From a virus, in IMG/VR virus record IMGVR_UViG_3300031992_000005, positions 64,001 to 128,000 of that record: DNA of 64,000 bases; one strand, written 5' to 3'. The translations under genes were made by a program, and so were the position numbers. The notes beneath the pieces are model-generated. The model did not search any database, was not told the origin of the DNA, and worked only from the letters and a program-made list of their open reading frames with translations. Of this stretch, positions 60,804-64,000 are shown piece by piece; positions within the stretch are counted from its first letter, which is position 1; each line of letters begins with the position of its first letter.

Positions 60804-62438
60804 ATGGATAGTAAAATTATTAGAAAAGGCGATGGTGTTCAAGAGAAGATCATCGCTGGTGTATCAGAATCAGTTAAAGCAATTAAAACAACTCTTGGTC
60901 CAAGTGGAAAAGGAGTAGCACTAGATGAAGGTGATATGTTAGGAATAACTATCACACGAGATGGGGCTACTGTTGCTAAAGCTATTCACCTAAAAGATAG
61001 AGAGGAAAATATTGGCGCAGAACTCGTTAAGAAAGCTGCCACTATGACTGAAGATCTGGCGGGTGATGGAACATCCACGACATCAATTCTCATAGAAGAA
61101 TTTTGTAAGAAAGGTCAGAAAGCAGTAAATGCCGGAGCTAATGTAAATGAGCTCAAAAGTGGTATGCTGAAAGCCGGTAAGTGGATGGAGAACTTTATCA
61201 AGGATAACGCCATTGAAATTGATGGTGACTTAACTAAGATTGAAAAAGTTGCTACATTATCAGCAAACAATGATCCTGAAATAGGTAGATTAGTAGTGAA
61301 AGGTCTTAGCGAAGTTGGTCTTAATGGTCTTATTACGGCTGACTTAGCATCCGGACTTGACACTATTATTGATATTACTACTGGTATGAAATTAGATAAA
61401 GGTTGGGCAAGTCCACAATATGTGACCGAACCTGAAACAGGAAAATGTATCCTAGAGGATCCTTATGTCTATGTGGTAGGTGAAAAGATTAGTTCAGTAT
61501 CTCAGATAATGAACTTCTTAGAGTCTTATCAAAATTCCGGTGGTGGTCGTCCATTACTCATTGTATGTGATGATATGGATGATAATGTTAATAGTATGCT
61601 GGTAATCAATACTTTACGTGGAGCTCTCAGATGCTGTGTAGTAAAAGGAATTGATTTTGGTGATGGTAGAAAGAATGCTATGGCTGACTTAGCAGTAGCA
61701 GTTAATGCTAATTATATCTGCCCTGATAATAACTCTGACCTAAGTAAGAGTACTATTGGAGATGCAGGTTTTGCTAAGAAGGTAGTTGTTAGTAGAGACT
61801 CTTGTATTATCTTTGAAGGCTATGGTGATCCACAGGCTATTAAAGATAGAGCTAATATCATTAAGGCTAGACTAGAAAGCAATGAAATTAGTGACTATGA
61901 CAAGAAGAAGTTCGAAAAACGCTTAGCCAACTTAACGGGCGGTATTGCAGTCATTCGAGCTGGTGGAGCTGTTGAATCTGAAAAGAGAAACAGAAAAGCA
62001 ACTATTGAAGATGCTGTCCTAGCTGCTAAGAGTGCTATTGAAGAAGGATGTTGTCCTGGTGGTGGATATGTTTTCTGGAAAGGAAGTATTGAAGCTAAGG
62101 AAGACAGGGAGTTTTGGAAAAAACTCACAGAAGATGAAGCACAAGGAGCTAAGATTGTATTCGATTCACTACCAATTATCCTAAAGACCGTGGCAGAAAA
62201 TGCCGGTGTCTCTGGAGATGTAGTTCTGAATGAGATGGTTAAGTCTAAGAAGAAAGAAAACTATGGCTTTAATGCTAAAACTAAGAACTTCGGTAACTTA
62301 GTAGATACTGGAATTCTTGATAGTGCTAAAGTTCTTAGAGTTAGCCTAGAAAATAGTATCAGTACAGCATCAATGATTCTCTTGATTGACTGTACTATTA
62401 TACAGGAAGAAGAAAATAAGGAAAACAGTGGACAATAA
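60804..62438 (+). CDS. groL: GroEL-like chaperonin (Cpn60), 544 aa
   Basis: TLGPSGKGV, ITRDGATVAKAI, AGDGTSTTSIL, VIRAGGAVESE and EEGCCPGGG. No C-terminal GGM tail. Confidence 0.85.
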   Translation: MDSKIIRKGDGVQEKIIAGVSESVKAIKTTLGPSGKGVALDEGDMLGITITRDGATVAKAIHLKDREENIGAELVKKAATMTEDLAGDGTSTTSILIEEFCKKGQKAVNAGANVNELKSGMLKAGKWMENFIKDNAIEIDGDLTKIEKVATLSANNDPEIGRLVVKGLSEVGLNGLITADLASGLDTIIDITTGMKLDKGWASPQYVTEPETGKCILEDPYVYVVGEKISSVSQIMNFLESYQNSGGGRPLLIVCDDMDDNVNSMLVINTLRGALRCCVVKGIDFGDGRKNAMADLAVAVNANYICPDNNSDLSKSTIGDAGFAKKVVVSRDSCIIFEGYGDPQAIKDRANIIKARLESNEISDYDKKKFEKRLANLTGGIAVIRAGGAVESEKRNRKATIEDAVLAAKSAIEEGCCPGGGYVFWKGSIEAKEDREFWKKLTEDEAQGAKIVFDSLPIILKTVAENAGVSGDVVLNEMVKSKKKENYGFNAKTKNFGNLVDTGILDSAKVLRVSLENSISTASMILLIDCTIIQEEENKENSGQ

Positions 62439-62766
62439 TTCAGAAGAAGACTATAACGGCTATTTACCGGAGAACATAGAGAGAGCGGATGATGGAACCT
62501 GCTCTCTTTATGACTCCATCTTAGCCTTATCTCTCATGCCAAGACCTTTTGGTGTGGTATGGAGCTTAGATAAGATAGAGGAATTCTTAACGAAAAGAGG
62601 CTACCTAATAATAACCAGGTATACAGATGATGATGATGAATATAAATATGCTGTAAAACCCGATGAAGACCTTATACCTGATAATGGAAAATCCAATATA
62701 ATGGAAACTTTCAGACAAGAAGTAGAAGGTATAATGTTTAACTGGTTATTAAAAATAGCAAAATGA
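62428..62766 (+). CDS. hypothetical acidic protein (start uncertain)
   Basis: There is no ATG before residue 51 of the track ORF. GTG 62428 overlaps the groL stop, and TTG 62386 is the alternative. Confidence 0.4.
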   Translation: MDNNSEEDYNGYLPENIERADDGTCSLYDSILALSLMPRPFGVVWSLDKIEEFLTKRGYLIITRYTDDDDEYKYAVKPDEDLIPDNGKSNIMETFRQEVEGIMFNWLLKIAK

Positions 62767-64000
62767 TTGTAGAACAAGCAGTTTTAGACAAGTGGTCAGG
62801 ACTTATCGATTGTGCTAAGAGGTATTGGATAGATTCATTACCAACTGGCATATCGGATGGTGATTTCGACGAACTCGAAAGAAAAGCTATCATTGAGGAT
62901 AAGTTTTATGTACGAGATTATGTCTTAGAAACCTACTTAAAAGGTACTAGGACACAGAATAAGTACATTGAGAAGATCACAAAATTTAAAGTCGTAGGAA
63001 AATCAATGCTTCAGGGAATGATAGACTCAGCCAAGGAATTAAGTATTCCTGCGGAAGAACTCTATTGTGACCTAAAGTACGATGGATCTAGTATAGCAAT
63101 ATACTTAAATCCAGAAAAAGGAACAGTTGAAAGAATCGTAACCGTTGGAAATTTAAATCTTGATGGTTATGGTATCGATCAAACTTGGAAATTAATAAAC
63201 CATGTTCCTAAAAAGTTCCCACTAGGTATTGCTGCCATTCAATGCGAAGCTCTCATTGATCTCACTAGATATTCTGGTGATGTTGAAAGGGCTAGACAAA
63301 AGGCAAATGGCCTAATTAACTCTAAGTATTGTGACAGTGATGTTAATAATCTCTTGACCTTAAGAGCTTATCGATATTACTTAGCAAAAACTCAAGATGG
63401 ATATACATTGTCTACCAGAGGTTACAAAGGAGTTATAGAATCATTACCAACAGTAAAATCTCCTTGTGATGGCCATATTCTGTTTAGTCCAGCACAAGTT
63501 TGGACATTGGCAGACTTAATGGCTAAAGGAGGTGATTTTACAGAAACCGATCGAGTAGTAACTAATACTGGAACATTCTTATGTGATGGTTGGGTTCTCT
63601 ACAACAAAGCGGGAATCTGTCAGAGAGCATTAAAGTTTTCTGGTGCTGGTAGTGGGACAGAAGCAATAAAAACTACAGTTAAGAGTATTCTCTGGAATGA
63701 TCAATCTCCTAAGGGAAAAGATTCCTGGTCAGCTAATGTTATTATTGATCCAGTCACTATAAAAGGTTGTACTATCACAAAACCTAGTGCTGGTAGTGTA
63801 TCAAAGCTGATCAAAGGAAACTGTACTCCAGGGGCTAGTGTAGGCATTATCCTAGCAAACAGTACTATTCCAATGGTAGGAGAAATATTCTCCCCTGGGG
63901 ATGGTAATTATTCATGGCCAACATGTGGTTGTGGATATAAGTTAGGACCTGGTGATATATACGGTAGTCTCCTGAAGTGTGGAAATCCAGAGTGTACGGA
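62763..64000 (+). CDS. ligA: NAD-dependent DNA ligase (LigA-like), 3'-truncated by window end
   Basis: Not in the ORF track because no stop occurs inside the window. Hand-translated. Domain Ia-like YWIDSLPTGISDGDFDELERKA, adenylation KxDG in CDLKYDGSS, IQCEALID (EvRGE position), DGWVLY, an OB-fold stretch, and zinc finger WPTCGCG..LKCGNPEC. Confidence 0.7.
   Translation, partial: MIVEQAVLDKWSGLIDCAKRYWIDSLPTGISDGDFDELERKAIIEDKFYVRDYVLETYLKGTRTQNKYIEKITKFKVVGKSMLQGMIDSAKELSIPAEELYCDLKYDGSSIAIYLNPEKGTVERIVTVGNLNLDGYGIDQTWKLINHVPKKFPLGIAAIQCEALIDLTRYSGDVERARQKANGLINSKYCDSDVNNLLTLRAYRYYLAKTQDGYTLSTRGYKGVIESLPTVKSPCDGHILFSPAQVWTLADLMAKGGDFTETDRVVTNTGTFLCDGWVLYNKAGICQRALKFSGAGSGTEAIKTTVKSILWNDQSPKGKDSWSANVIIDPVTIKGCTITKPSAGSVSKLIKGNCTPGASVGIILANSTIPMVGEIFSPGDGNYSWPTCGCGYKLGPGDIYGSLLKCGNPECT

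Noticed and set aside
1-64000. Alternative genetic code or stop-codon reassignment, as in some large gut phages
   Set aside because: Genes with recognisable homologs are full-length and uninterrupted under the standard code. This includes GroEL, the cca gene, the Mre11-Rad50 fusion, the topoisomerase exons, M42 and the LRR proteins. TAG, TGA and TAA all occur as terminal stops. The only in-frame breaks are explained by the two introns.

Overview
AT-rich, very densely packed gene train with many ATGA stop/start overlaps, typical of a large tailed phage, possibly jumbo-sized. No capsid, terminase or tail genes were recognised in 64 kb. The host is probably a Bacteroidota member; this is inferred from BspA-type LRR proteins, dockerin repeats and a promoter motif whose 3' half resembles the TAnnTTTG -7 box. 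Genes run on + from about 0.6 to 43.7 kb, on - from 43.8 to 58.7 kb, and on + again from 59.1 kb to the end.

Recognisable genes:
- A type II topoisomerase large subunit split into three exons by two paralogous group I introns, followed by the GyrA/gp52-like subunit.
- A single-chain Mre11-Rad50 (SbcD-SbcC) fusion, a SWIM zinc-finger protein and a FEN/RNase H-like 5' nuclease.
- A CCA-adding enzyme overlapped by a PLC-X-like phosphodiesterase.
- A GroES/GroEL pair, Hsp20 and an M42 peptidase.
- A GMP-reductase-family protein lacking the catalytic Cys, a HAD phosphatase and an ABC-type ATPase.
- An NAD-dependent DNA ligase, cut by the window end.
- Three BspA-like LRR proteins, one with dockerin repeats and one with a G11 tract.

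Most of the remaining coding capacity is lineage-specific multigene families:
- FamA has 15 tandem full-length paralogs at 13.1-23.0 kb, plus 2 divergent copies and relics. It has a three-block scaffold and two hypervariable inserts.
- FamB has 4 copies.
- FamC has 2-3 copies.
- Three giant proteins are built from a repeated module of about 130 aa.

Non-coding highlights:
- A promoter-like motif, CCCTTAAAnCCTTATATATG, occurs about 25 times on both strands.
- An 0.8-kb array of eight ORF-less promoter/hairpin/T-run mini-cassettes lies at 38.5-39.3 kb.
- A structured ORF-free unit of about 530 nt, bounded by a promoter motif and a terminator, lies at 3.66-4.19 kb.

All calls rest on reading the sequence and on motif memory. 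No database search was run.
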